NCBI GenBank assembly: GCA_963764505.1
Contig: CAVXSP010000001.1
Location: forward strand, 2,164,614 to 2,228,613
Length of the DNA: 64,000 nt
Direction: 5' to 3'
Origin: an uncultured Acidobacteriota bacterium
Lineage (GTDB): Bacteria > Acidobacteriota > Vicinamibacteria > Vicinamibacterales > SCN-69-37
Positions 39,612 through 51,014 of the stretch are shown in pieces. The notes beneath the pieces are model-generated. The model searched no databases. It was not told the origin of the DNA and saw only the letters and a list, made by a program, of their open reading frames with translations. The position numbers and the translations under genes are program-made. Within the stretch, counting starts at the first letter, position 1; each line of letters opens with the position of its first letter.

Positions 39612-40850
39612 CTATGGCGCGAAGCCCGCGGGAATCTCCGCCTCCGTGTCGCTGGCCGGCGTGATCCGCTCTTCGACGAACGTATTCCACTCGTGGCAGT
39701 GCGGGCACTGCCAGAGCAGCTCGGTGCTGCGGTACCGGCAGCGGACGCAGACGTGAGGGTCGAGATAGAAGACCGATTCGCGCGTGAGATCGATATAGCG
39801 CGCGACGAGAGGACCGGGCAGCCCGAGCACGGAGAGCGTGTTCCAGATGGCCTGATGGATGGCCAGCGCGTGCGGGTTGTGCTCGAGCGCTTCGAACAGC
39901 AGGTCGAGCGCCCTCAGGGGCTGGCCCGCCGACGAGAGATGCCTCGCCAGCGCCATGCGCGCGCGCCAGTCCCGCGGCGTCGCGGCGAACTGCTTGCGGC
40001 ACAGGTCCGCGAACCGCTTCGCCGCGCCCATCGCCGTGTAGACGCGCTCGAGCCGATCGAGCGCGAGATATCCCCGATCCGGCGAGACCTCGATTGCCTT
40101 CTCCCAGATGGCCGCCGCGCCGGCGGGATCGCCTTCCTGCTCCCGGACGTCGCCGAGGTGCAGGTAGGCCGGGATGGCCGCCGGGTGCGCCTCGATGGCC
40201 GCCTCGAAGCGCCGGGTCGCTTCCGCGAAATCGTGCTGCTTCATCGCCTGCATCCCGAGCTCGTTCTCGAGGAAGGCGAGAATCGCCTGCGAATTCGGGT
40301 GCTCCGGCGGCCCCGCGAGGTGAGCGAGCCGCTGGCGCGTGATGTACGCCTCCTGCCACTGATGCTGGTCCTCCTGCAGCTTCTCGAGATTCAACAGCGC
40401 CGCCTCGTTCTCCGGATCGAGCTTCAGCACTTCGGTGAACGTCGACACGGCCCGATCGACGAAGCCGCCGCGCCGGTAGTCCAGTCCAAGGCACAGCAGG
40501 ACGTTCGCCTGCTCGATGCGATTGAGCCGCGGCCGCTGCAGCAGCGACTGGTGCTCGCCGATGGCGCGCCCGACCTGGCCCTTCTCCCGGTACAGGTTGC
40601 CGAGCACCAGCCGGAGCTCGAACGCGCCAGGGTCCAGGCCCGACGCCTTCTCGAGCGCCTCGATGGCCAGGTCGACCTGTCCCGCCACGAGATGGTTCAG
40701 ACCGAGAATGAAGAACGGCGAGCGCCGAACGCGGCGCCTGTCGATCCAGCGGCCCTCGACCAGCTTGTACCGCTCCCACGCCTTGCCGGCGGCGAGCCCG
40801 ATGAGCAGCGCCACCAGCACCGCGAGCAGCGCCAGATAGCCCGGCATCAT
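39612..40850 (-). CDS. lapB: LPS assembly protein LapB (YciM)-like TPR/zinc-ribbon protein
   Basis: N-terminal TM (MMPGYLALLAVLVALLIGLAAG), TPR repeats, C-terminal CVRCRYRSTELLWQCPHCHEW rubredoxin-like motif. The ATG-ATG at 40850 overlaps the kdsC stop. Confidence 0.8.
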   Translation of the reverse strand: MMPGYLALLAVLVALLIGLAAGKAWERYKLVEGRWIDRRRVRRSPFFILGLNHLVAGQVDLAIEALEKASGLDPGAFELRLVLGNLYREKGQVGRAIGEHQSLLQRPRLNRIEQANVLLCLGLDYRRGGFVDRAVSTFTEVLKLDPENEAALLNLEKLQEDQHQWQEAYITRQRLAHLAGPPEHPNSQAILAFLENELGMQAMKQHDFAEATRRFEAAIEAHPAAIPAYLHLGDVREQEGDPAGAAAIWEKAIEVSPDRGYLALDRLERVYTAMGAAKRFADLCRKQFAATPRDWRARMALARHLSSAGQPLRALDLLFEALEHNPHALAIHQAIWNTLSVLGLPGPLVARYIDLTRESVFYLDPHVCVRCRYRSTELLWQCPHCHEWNTFVEERITPASDTEAEIPAGFAP

Positions 40851-41386
40851 GACACGCAGTATTCCCGAACGAGCGCATCCCACTCGCCGCGCGCCCGGAG
40901 CACCAGCTCGATGAGCTCACGGGCGGCGCCACGGCCGCCGGCGTACTGGCTCACCCAGTGCACGCGGGCGCGGACGTCCTCCACGGCGTCCGCCGGCGCC
41001 GCAGCGAGCCCGACGCGGGCGAGCACCGGGAGGTCCAGCAGGTCGTCACCCATGTAGGCGACCTGATCGTCCGCGAGCTGTCGGGATCCCACGATCTGAG
41101 TGTATGCCGCTCGCTTGTCGTTCTGCCCCTGAACCAGAATCGAAATTCCCAGCTCGGCCGCTCGGCGCGACGTGGCCTCCGACGCGCGGCCGCTGATCAG
41201 GCCGACCGAGAGCCCCGCGCGCCGGGCCCAGACCAGGGCCAGGCCGTCGCGAATGAAGAAGGCCTTCGCCTCCGGACCGGCGCCGGGCAGCACGACGGTG
41301 CCGTCGGTCAGCACGCCATCCACGTCGAAGAGCAGCAGTTCGACCGTTCTGGCGCGCGCGACGACGGCTTCCAGCGGGAGCGGCAT
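40847..41386 (-). CDS. kdsC: KDO 8-phosphate phosphatase (HAD-IIIA)
   Basis: LLLFDVDGVLTDG ... YMGDDLLDLPV. Confidence 0.88.
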   Translation of the reverse strand: MPLPLEAVVARARTVELLLFDVDGVLTDGTVVLPGAGPEAKAFFIRDGLALVWARRAGLSVGLISGRASEATSRRAAELGISILVQGQNDKRAAYTQIVGSRQLADDQVAYMGDDLLDLPVLARVGLAAAPADAVEDVRARVHWVSQYAGGRGAARELIELVLRARGEWDALVREYCVS

Positions 41387-41417
41387 GGCGGGGACGCTCG
41401 GGGCGGGACGGGGCGAC

Positions 41418-42422
41418 TCAGATCGCCTGCGTCCGCCAGAGATCGTGCAGGTGGACGACGCCTTCGACGACGGCCGTGTCCGGATCGGTGACGATGACCG
41501 AGGTGATCTTGCGCTCCTCCATGAGCCGGAGGGCCTCCACGGCCAGCAGGTGCCGGCTGATGGTCACCGGCTGGCGCGTCATGACGTCGCCGGCCGCGCG
41601 CGTGAGCACGTCCGATCCCGAGCTGAGCTGCCGCCGCAGATCGCCGTCGGTCAGGATGCCCTCGAGCCGTCCGCGATCGTCGACGACGCAGGTCATCCCC
41701 AGGCCCTTGCTGGTCATCTCGGCCAGGACGTCCGCCATGGGCGTCGTCGCGCGCACGCGCGGGAGGGCGGTCTCGGCGTGCATCAGCGCGCTCACGCGCA
41801 GCAGCTTCTTGCCGAGGCGGCCGCCGGGATGCAGGTTGGCGAACTGCTCGGCATGGAATCCCTTGCGGCGCGACAGCGCCATCGCCAGCGCGTCCCCGAG
41901 GGCGAGCGCCGCGGTCGTGCTGGCGGTCGGCGCCAGATTCATCGGGCACGCTTCCTCGCGCACGCGGCAGCCGAGCGTCACGTCGGCGGCGCCGCCGAGC
42001 GTCGACTCCGGGCTGCCGGTGATCGTGATCAACCGTGCGCCGGTCCGGCGAATCGCCTCGAGCAGCCGGACCAGCTCCTCCGTCTCGCCGCTGTGCGACA
42101 GGGCGAGCACCACGTCGTCGGGCCGGATGACGCCGAGGTCTCCGTGGATCGCCTCCGCCGGGTGCAGGAAGAACGCGGACGTCCCGGTGCTCGAGAGCGT
42201 GGCGGCGATCTTCCGCGCGATGATGCCCGACTTGCCCATGCCGGTCACGATCACGCGCCCGGCGCAGCCGGCGAGCAGATCGATGGCTCGGCTGAAGCCG
42301 CCGTCGAGCTGCGGAATCAGGTCGCGGATGGCCTGGGCCTCCGTCTCGAGCACGCGGCGGGCGAGATCGGTATCTTCACGGGCGGTGGACTCGGGTGCGG
42401 CGGCTCGGTCGAGCTTCGGCAT
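41418..42422 (-). CDS. kdsD: Arabinose-5-phosphate isomerase (KdsD/KpsF; SIS + CBS domains)
   Basis: Start MPKLDRAA (ATG at 42420-42422). VIVTGMGKSG, SHSGETEE, tandem CBS C-terminus. Confidence 0.88.
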   Translation of the reverse strand: MPKLDRAAAPESTAREDTDLARRVLETEAQAIRDLIPQLDGGFSRAIDLLAGCAGRVIVTGMGKSGIIARKIAATLSSTGTSAFFLHPAEAIHGDLGVIRPDDVVLALSHSGETEELVRLLEAIRRTGARLITITGSPESTLGGAADVTLGCRVREEACPMNLAPTASTTAALALGDALAMALSRRKGFHAEQFANLHPGGRLGKKLLRVSALMHAETALPRVRATTPMADVLAEMTSKGLGMTCVVDDRGRLEGILTDGDLRRQLSSGSDVLTRAAGDVMTRQPVTISRHLLAVEALRLMEERKITSVIVTDPDTAVVEGVVHLHDLWRTQAI

Positions 42423-42426
42423 GCGG

Positions 42427-43293
42427 CTATCGAACTCCGACCGCGGCGGCCGTGACAATCGCGTGGATGCGCACGAGTCGATCGAGCAGCGGCGCCAGTT
42501 TCGCGAGCGGCAGCGCCGTCGCGGCGTCGCTTTGCGCCGCGGCCGGATTCTCGTGGACCTCGAGGAAGACGCCGTCGACGCCTGCACCGACCCCGGCGCA
42601 GGCGAGCGGCTCGACGTACTGGCTCAGCCCGGCCGTGACGCCATCGCCGGCACCCGGGAGCTGCAGGCTGTGCGTGACGTCGAAGACGACCGGTGTGCCC
42701 AGCCCGCGCATCATCGGAAAGGCCCGCATGTCCACGACCAGATTGTTGTACCCGAACGAGCAGCCGCGTTCGGTCACGAAAACGCGGTCGTTGCCGGCGG
42801 AGCGGACCTTCTCCAGGGCATGGCGCACGTCGAGCGGCGCCAGGAACTGTCCCTTCTTGATGTTCACCGCCTTGCCCGTGCGCGCCGCCGCGAGGATCAG
42901 GTCCGTCTGCCGCGACAGGAAGGCCGGGATTTGCAGCACGTCGACGACCTGGGCGGCCGGCGCGGCCTGCCAGGCCTCGTGGATGTCGGTCAGCACCGGG
43001 ACGCCGACGTCTGCGCGGACGCGGGCGAGCGTGGCCAGGCCGGCGTCGATCCCGGGTCCTCGGAACGAGCGGACCGACGTGCGGTTCGCCTTGTCGAAGG
43101 ACGCCTTGAAGACGTACGGCAGCCCGGCCTGGCGGGCCACTGCGGCGATGGCGTGCCCGAGCTCGAGCGCGTGCGACTCGCTCTCGATGACGCAGGGTCC
43201 CGCGATCAAGACGAGGCGATCGGCGCCGAGCACGACCTCCTCGTCCTCGGCGAGGCGGACCGGCCGGACGGCTGGGCTCGCGGATTCGGTCAC
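42427..43293 (-). CDS. kdsA: 2-dehydro-3-deoxyphosphooctonate aldolase (KDO8P synthase)
   Basis: LIAGPCVIES, FKASFDKANRTS, QIPAFLSRQTDL, VFDVTHSLQ. GTG at 43291-43293. The Arg-rich upstream part of ORF 42427..43674 is rejected. Confidence 0.88.
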   Translation of the reverse strand: MTESASPAVRPVRLAEDEEVVLGADRLVLIAGPCVIESESHALELGHAIAAVARQAGLPYVFKASFDKANRTSVRSFRGPGIDAGLATLARVRADVGVPVLTDIHEAWQAAPAAQVVDVLQIPAFLSRQTDLILAAARTGKAVNIKKGQFLAPLDVRHALEKVRSAGNDRVFVTERGCSFGYNNLVVDMRAFPMMRGLGTPVVFDVTHSLQLPGAGDGVTAGLSQYVEPLACAGVGAGVDGVFLEVHENPAAAQSDAATALPLAKLAPLLDRLVRIHAIVTAAAVGVR

Positions 43294-43327
43294 GAGCGCA
43301 TTATAGGAGGCCCGTCCGCGCGCGGCG

Positions 43328-45007
<1,680 letters not shown>

Positions 45008-45032
45008 TCATCCTCCAGGTACCGGCGTCGGT

Positions 45033-45845
45033 TCACTCGATGCACGAATCCGCGAGCGCGAGCGTCCGACGCATCTCCCGCCGCACCCGTTCCAGGTCCT
45101 CCAGCGTGTCCACGCCAATCGCCTCCGCCGTCGTCTCCACCGTCCGGATGCGATAGCCGTGCTCGAGCGCGCGAAGCTGCTCGAGCCCCTCGGCGCGCTC
45201 GAGGGGCGTCTGCGGCAGCGCGGCGAACGCCAGCAGGAAGGTCCGTCGATAGGCATACAGACCGAGGTGCCGCCAGAGGCCGGGCGGCTCCGCGCTGCGG
45301 ACGAACGGGATGGCGGCGCGCGAGAAGTACAGCGCGTATCCGTCCCGGTCGATGACGACCTTCACGACGTCGGGGCTGTGCAGGTCCGCGGGATCGTCGA
45401 GGCGCCGGCGCAGCGTGCTCATGCGCTCGTCGGCGTCCCCGAGGAGCGGCTCGATCGCCGCGTCGACCGCCTCGGGCGCCATCAAGGGCTCGTCGCCCTG
45501 CACGTTGACGACGATCTCGCCTGCGAGGGCGGCCGCCACTTCGGCGAGCCGATCGGTGCCGGTCGCATGCGACGCGCGCGTCAGGACGGCCGTGCCGCCG
45601 AACCCGTCCACGGCCGCCGCGATGCGCTCGTCATCGGTCGCGACGAGCACCGCCTCCACGCGGCGCGCGCGCGCCGCGCGCGCGCAGACGTGCTCGATCA
45701 TCGGTTTGCCTTCGATGACCGCGAGCGGCTTGCCGGGAAAACGCGACGAGCGATAGCGGGCGGGAACGACAGCGACGACTCGAGCGGTGCGGATCGACTT
45801 CGGCAGCCCAGCGGCGTCGACGACGGGCACGGCAAATCTTAGCAC
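45033..45845 (-). CDS. kdsB: 3-deoxy-manno-octulosonate cytidylyltransferase
   Basis: VVPARYRSSRFPGKPL ... VNVQGDEP. Start uncertain: GTG at 45845 or 45830. Confidence 0.88.
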   Translation of the reverse strand: MLRFAVPVVDAAGLPKSIRTARVVAVVPARYRSSRFPGKPLAVIEGKPMIEHVCARAARARRVEAVLVATDDERIAAAVDGFGGTAVLTRASHATGTDRLAEVAAALAGEIVVNVQGDEPLMAPEAVDAAIEPLLGDADERMSTLRRRLDDPADLHSPDVVKVVIDRDGYALYFSRAAIPFVRSAEPPGLWRHLGLYAYRRTFLLAFAALPQTPLERAEGLEQLRALEHGYRIRTVETTAEAIGVDTLEDLERVRREMRRTLALADSCIE

Positions 45846-45887
45846 GGCACCTGCGGCTGTGCTACGATCGCCGCGCCATCACTCGCC

Positions 45888-46394
45888 ATGAAACGCCTTG
45901 GCGCGGTTGCGTTCTTCGCAGGCGCCGTGCTCTTGTCGACTCACATCCTCGCGCCTGCGGAACCGCCGGCGGCGCCGGCGGGAGTCCTCGCCGCCGATCT
46001 CGCCGCGCGACACGACGCGCCATTGCTCGCGCAGGTTGATGCTCGAGTCCAGCGGCTTCGCGAACGGCTGCGCGATCGCCCGCCGCCTCCGCGGCCGACT
46101 CGCGATCCGTTCCGGTTCGGCTCGCGATCGGTGCCGGCGCCGGCGGCCGAGCACCGGGCGCCCGCCGATCCGCCCGCCGTCCCGGATCCGACCCTTCCGC
46201 GCGTGATCGCGATTGCCACCGGCGCGGCCGATTCTCCAACCGGCGCGATCGCCGTGCTCGCCTCCGGCGATACCGTCGCCGCGGTCAAGCCGGGCGAGCG
46301 CTTCCTGACCTTTCGCGTCGACCGCGTCGGCGCCGAACGGGTCGACCTGAGCGATCCCGAAACGGGTCGCACGTTCCAGATTTCTCTGCGGTAG
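45888..46394 (+). CDS. Exported Pro-rich hypothetical protein with PilP/GspC-like C-terminal module
   Basis: Signal peptide, RDPFRF motif, then a short beta-rich domain (VIAIATG...AIAVLASGDTVAAVKPGERF...RVDRVGAERVDL). This resembles the PilP part of 28592-29605. Extended -10 TGcTACGAT at 45860-45868. Confidence 0.4.
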   Translation: MKRLGAVAFFAGAVLLSTHILAPAEPPAAPAGVLAADLAARHDAPLLAQVDARVQRLRERLRDRPPPPRPTRDPFRFGSRSVPAPAAEHRAPADPPAVPDPTLPRVIAIATGAADSPTGAIAVLASGDTVAAVKPGERFLTFRVDRVGAERVDLSDPETGRTFQISLR

Positions 46395-46645
46395 GAAATA
46401 TAATGCGCTGTTCGCGTCGCGGCGACGAGCCGCGGACGCGATCGGCTGGTTCCCGGGTTGCCGCCCGAAGTTGGTGCAATTCGCTGGACCGGCAATAAAC
46501 GTGCGGCAATTCTGCGGCTGATTGGAACTTTTCCACAAAGTTTTCCACAGATTCTGCGGAAGATACCGTAGACAGCATGAGGGACCTGCCCTAAACGGCG
46601 GGGTTCTGCGTCAAAGTTCTAACACCCGCATCAGAGGACCGCGCT

Positions 46646-47884
<1,239 letters not shown>

Positions 47885-47926
47885 GCCGATGAGGCAATGG
47901 GGCAATGCGGCAATAGGGGGAGCGGG

Positions 47927-48853
47927 ATGCGACGCAAAGTGACAGTCGTGGGCGGCGCCGGCAACGTCGGCGCCACGGTGGCGCACGCCATTGCGCTGAA
48001 GGAGCTGGCGGATGTCGTGGTGATCGACATCGCGGCCGAACGGGCGGCGGGCATCGCGCTGGACATGCTCGAAGCCTGCCCGATCGACGGCTCGGACGTA
48101 CGGCTGGCGGGATCGACCGACTACGCCGCGACCGCCCACTCGGACGTCGTCGTCATCACGTCCGGCGTCCCGCGCAAGCCGGGCATGAGCCGCGACGACC
48201 TGCTGCAGGTCAACTACAAGATCATGCAGGCGGTGACCGAGCAGATCGTCAAGCATTCGCCCGACTGCATCATCGTCCCGGTCGCCAATCCGCTCGACGC
48301 GATGTGCCAGGCCGTCTTTCGTCTCAGCGGCTTCCCCCGCGAGCGCGTGATCGGCATGGCCGGCGTGCTCGATTCCGCGCGGATGCGGGCGTTCATTGCG
48401 ATGGAGCTCGACGTCTCGGTCGAGAACGTCCATGCCTTCGTGCTCGGCGGGCACGGCGACACGATGGTGCCGCTGCCGCGCTATTCGACGGTGGCCGGCA
48501 TTCCGATCACCGAGCTTCTGCCGAAGGCGCGCATCGACGCGATCTGCAGCCGTACGGCGAACGGCGGCGCGGAGATCACGAAGCTCGTCGGCACGAGCGC
48601 GTGGTACGCGCCCGGGACCGCCGCGGCCCGCATCGTGGAAGCGATCCTCAAGGACCGCAAGGAGATCATGCCCTGCTCCGTGTACTTGCAGGGCGAGTAC
48701 GGCGTGCGCGATCAGTTCGTCGGCGTGCCGGTGAAGATCGGCCGGAAGGGAGTCGAGCAGATCATCGAGATCACGCTCACGCCGGACGAGCAGGCGGCGT
48801 TCCAGAAGTCGGCCGCGGCCGTGAAGGAGCTGACGACCGTCATCGGCGTCTAG
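47927..48853 (+). CDS. mdh: Malate dehydrogenase (LDH-like type)
   Basis: [43 protein letters not shown] at 47927 with GGGGGAG RBS. The ORF-track start 47897 lies inside an octamer repeat. Confidence 0.93.
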   Translation: MRRKVTVVGGAGNVGATVAHAIALKELADVVVIDIAAERAAGIALDMLEACPIDGSDVRLAGSTDYAATAHSDVVVITSGVPRKPGMSRDDLLQVNYKIMQAVTEQIVKHSPDCIIVPVANPLDAMCQAVFRLSGFPRERVIGMAGVLDSARMRAFIAMELDVSVENVHAFVLGGHGDTMVPLPRYSTVAGIPITELLPKARIDAICSRTANGGAEITKLVGTSAWYAPGTAAARIVEAILKDRKEIMPCSVYLQGEYGVRDQFVGVPVKIGRKGVEQIIEITLTPDEQAAFQKSAAAVKELTTVIGV

Positions 48854-48912
48854 CCGGGGCCGGATCCTTCGCGCGCGCGCGACGCGCGCCGCGCGAACGG
48901 AGCGAATCGAAC

Positions 48913-50079
48913 ATGAAGATTCACGAATATCAGGGAAAAGCGCTCCTCGCGCGCCACGGCGTGCCCGTGCCGCGCGGCGAGGTCGCGTCGAGCGCGGACG
49001 AGGCGCGTGAGGTCGCCGAGCGGCTGGGCGGCAGCCTCGTCGTGGTCAAGGCGCAGATCCATGCGGGGGGCCGCGGCAAGGCCGGAGGCGTCAAGATCGC
49101 CCGCAGCGCCGCAGAGGCCGGCGAAATCGCCGGCCGGATGCTCGGCACGCGGCTCGTGACCTATCAGACCGGCGCCGACGGGCAGATCGTCTCACGCGTG
49201 CTGATCGAAGAGGGTCTGGAGATCGCGCGCGAGCTGTACCTCGGGCTGGTGATCGATCGATCGACGCAGCGCCCCGTGCTGATGGCGAGCCCGGACGGCG
49301 GCGTGGAGATCGAGAAGGTCGCTGCCGAGACGCCCGAGCGCATCTTCAAGGCCGTCATCCATCCCGCGCTCGGGTTGCAGCCCTTCGAGGCGCGCCGCCT
49401 GGCGTTCCAGCTCGGCCTGTCCGGCGAGCAGGTGCGCAGGGCCGTCGGGATGATGACGGCGCTGTACCGTGCGTTCGTGTCGAGCGACGCCTCGCTCGTC
49501 GAAATCAACCCGCTCATCGTCACGAAGGCGGGCGATCTGGTGGCGCTCGACGCCAAGGTGAACTTCGACGACAACGCGCTGTTCCGGCACGCCGACGTGA
49601 AGGAGTTGCGCGACCTCGCCGAGGAGGACCCGCTCGAGATCGAGGCCTCGAAGTACTCGCTCAACTACATCAAGCTCGACGGGACGATCGGCTGCATGGT
49701 GAACGGGGCCGGCCTCGCGATGGCGACGATGGACATCATCAAGCTGGCGGGAGGCGAGCCGGCGAACTTCCTCGACGTCGGGGGCGGCGCCAACGCGGAC
49801 CAGATCAGGAACGCGTTTCGGATCCTGACCTCGGACCCGTCCGTCAAAGCGGTGCTCATCAATATCTTCGGCGGGATCCTGCGCTGCGACGTGCTCGCCG
49901 AGGGCGTGATCGCGGCGGTCGAGGCGCTCGGCGTGCAGGTGCCGATCGTCATCCGCATGGAGGGCACGAACGTGGAGCTGGGACAGCAGATGCTGCGGGA
50001 GAGCGGCCTCGATTTCACGACCGCGGACGGCATGGCCGAGGCGGCGGGGGCTGTCGTGAAGCTTGCCATGCGGCAATGA
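48913..50079 (+). CDS. sucC: Succinyl-CoA synthetase beta subunit
   Basis: [12 protein letters not shown] ... [18 protein letters not shown] ... [15 protein letters not shown]. Confidence 0.96.
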   Translation: MKIHEYQGKALLARHGVPVPRGEVASSADEAREVAERLGGSLVVVKAQIHAGGRGKAGGVKIARSAAEAGEIAGRMLGTRLVTYQTGADGQIVSRVLIEEGLEIARELYLGLVIDRSTQRPVLMASPDGGVEIEKVAAETPERIFKAVIHPALGLQPFEARRLAFQLGLSGEQVRRAVGMMTALYRAFVSSDASLVEINPLIVTKAGDLVALDAKVNFDDNALFRHADVKELRDLAEEDPLEIEASKYSLNYIKLDGTIGCMVNGAGLAMATMDIIKLAGGEPANFLDVGGGANADQIRNAFRILTSDPSVKAVLINIFGGILRCDVLAEGVIAAVEALGVQVPIVIRMEGTNVELGQQMLRESGLDFTTADGMAEAAGAVVKLAMRQ

Positions 50080-50990
50080 GGGCTCCATCGGCCCATTTCA
50101 GTAGAGAACCCGAATGTCAGGTACTGATCGACAGATCGACGCGCCTGATCGTCCAGGGCCTGACCGGCCGCGAGGGTACGTTTCACGCCAGGCAGGCGCA
50201 GGCGTACGGCACCAACGTCGTCGGCGGCGTGACGCCAGGGAAGGGCGGCACGACCCACGAGGGATGGCCCGTGTTCAACACGGTGGCCGAAGCGGTCTAC
50301 GAGACGGGCGCCAACGCGTCGGTCATCTTCGTGCCGCCGCCGGGCGGTGCGGACGCGATCATGGAGGCGGCCTCGGCCGGCCTTCCCCTCGCCGTCTGCA
50401 TCACGGAGGGCATCCCGACGCTGGACATGATGCGGGCCCTGGCGTTCATCGAGGACACCGGCATGCGGCTCATCGGCCCCAACTGCCCGGGCCTGATCTC
50501 CGCCGGGCGGGCCAAGGCCGGCATCATTCCGGGGCACATCTGCAAGGAAGGGCGCGTGGGCATCGTCTCGAAGAGCGGCACGCTGACCTACGAGGCCATC
50601 CATCAGCTGACGCGGCTCGGACTCGGACAGACCACCTGCATCGGCATCGGCGGCGACCCCCTGATCGGGACGACGTTCGTCGACGCGCTCAAGCTCTTCG
50701 CGGCGGATCCCGAAACGGAGGCGGTCGTCCTGATCGGGGAGATCGGCGGGAGCGCCGAGGAAGAGGCCGCGGCGTTCATCGAGACGACGTTCGCCAAACC
50801 GGTCGTCGGGTTCGTCGCCGGCCAGACGGCGCCGCCGGGGCGGCGGATGGGGCACGCGGGCGCGATCATCGCCGGCGGGAAGGGCACGGCCGCGGAGAAG
50901 ATGCAGGCATTGTCGGCCGCCGGCGCACGCGTGGTGACCAGCCCGGCGGATATCGGCCAGGCCGCCGCCGATGCGCTGGCCCGGCGCTGA
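50076..50990 (+). CDS. sucD: Succinyl-CoA synthetase alpha subunit
   Basis: [35 protein letters not shown] overlap with the sucC stop. Confidence 0.95.
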   Translation: MRAPSAHFSREPECQVLIDRSTRLIVQGLTGREGTFHARQAQAYGTNVVGGVTPGKGGTTHEGWPVFNTVAEAVYETGANASVIFVPPPGGADAIMEAASAGLPLAVCITEGIPTLDMMRALAFIEDTGMRLIGPNCPGLISAGRAKAGIIPGHICKEGRVGIVSKSGTLTYEAIHQLTRLGLGQTTCIGIGGDPLIGTTFVDALKLFAADPETEAVVLIGEIGGSAEEEAAAFIETTFAKPVVGFVAGQTAPPGRRMGHAGAIIAGGKGTAAEKMQALSAAGARVVTSPADIGQAAADALARR

Positions 50991-50996
50991 CCACGC

Positions 50997-51002
50997 TATA
51001 CT
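50997..51002 (+). promoter_or_regulatory. Candidate -10 hexamer TATACT just upstream of korA
   Basis: ACGCTATACT context, 12 nt before the ATG at 51015. Would imply a very short leader. Confidence 0.3.
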
Positions 51003-51014
51003 GGTTTGTCAGAA

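Noticed and set aside
46399-46409. The 11-mer TATAATGCGCT shared between the icd upstream region and the kdsA upstream region (43295-43305, opposite strand).
   Set aside because: Two occurrences could be chance, and I could not find further copies by eye. It is mentioned within other findings but not treated as a defined regulatory motif.
50076-50117. Possible mis-start of sucD: the conserved N-terminus begins near VLIDRSTR, 14 codons after the ATG.
   Set aside because: No ATG, GTG or TTG lies in frame closer to the conserved start. The ATGA overlap with sucC supports 50076, so the annotated start is kept.
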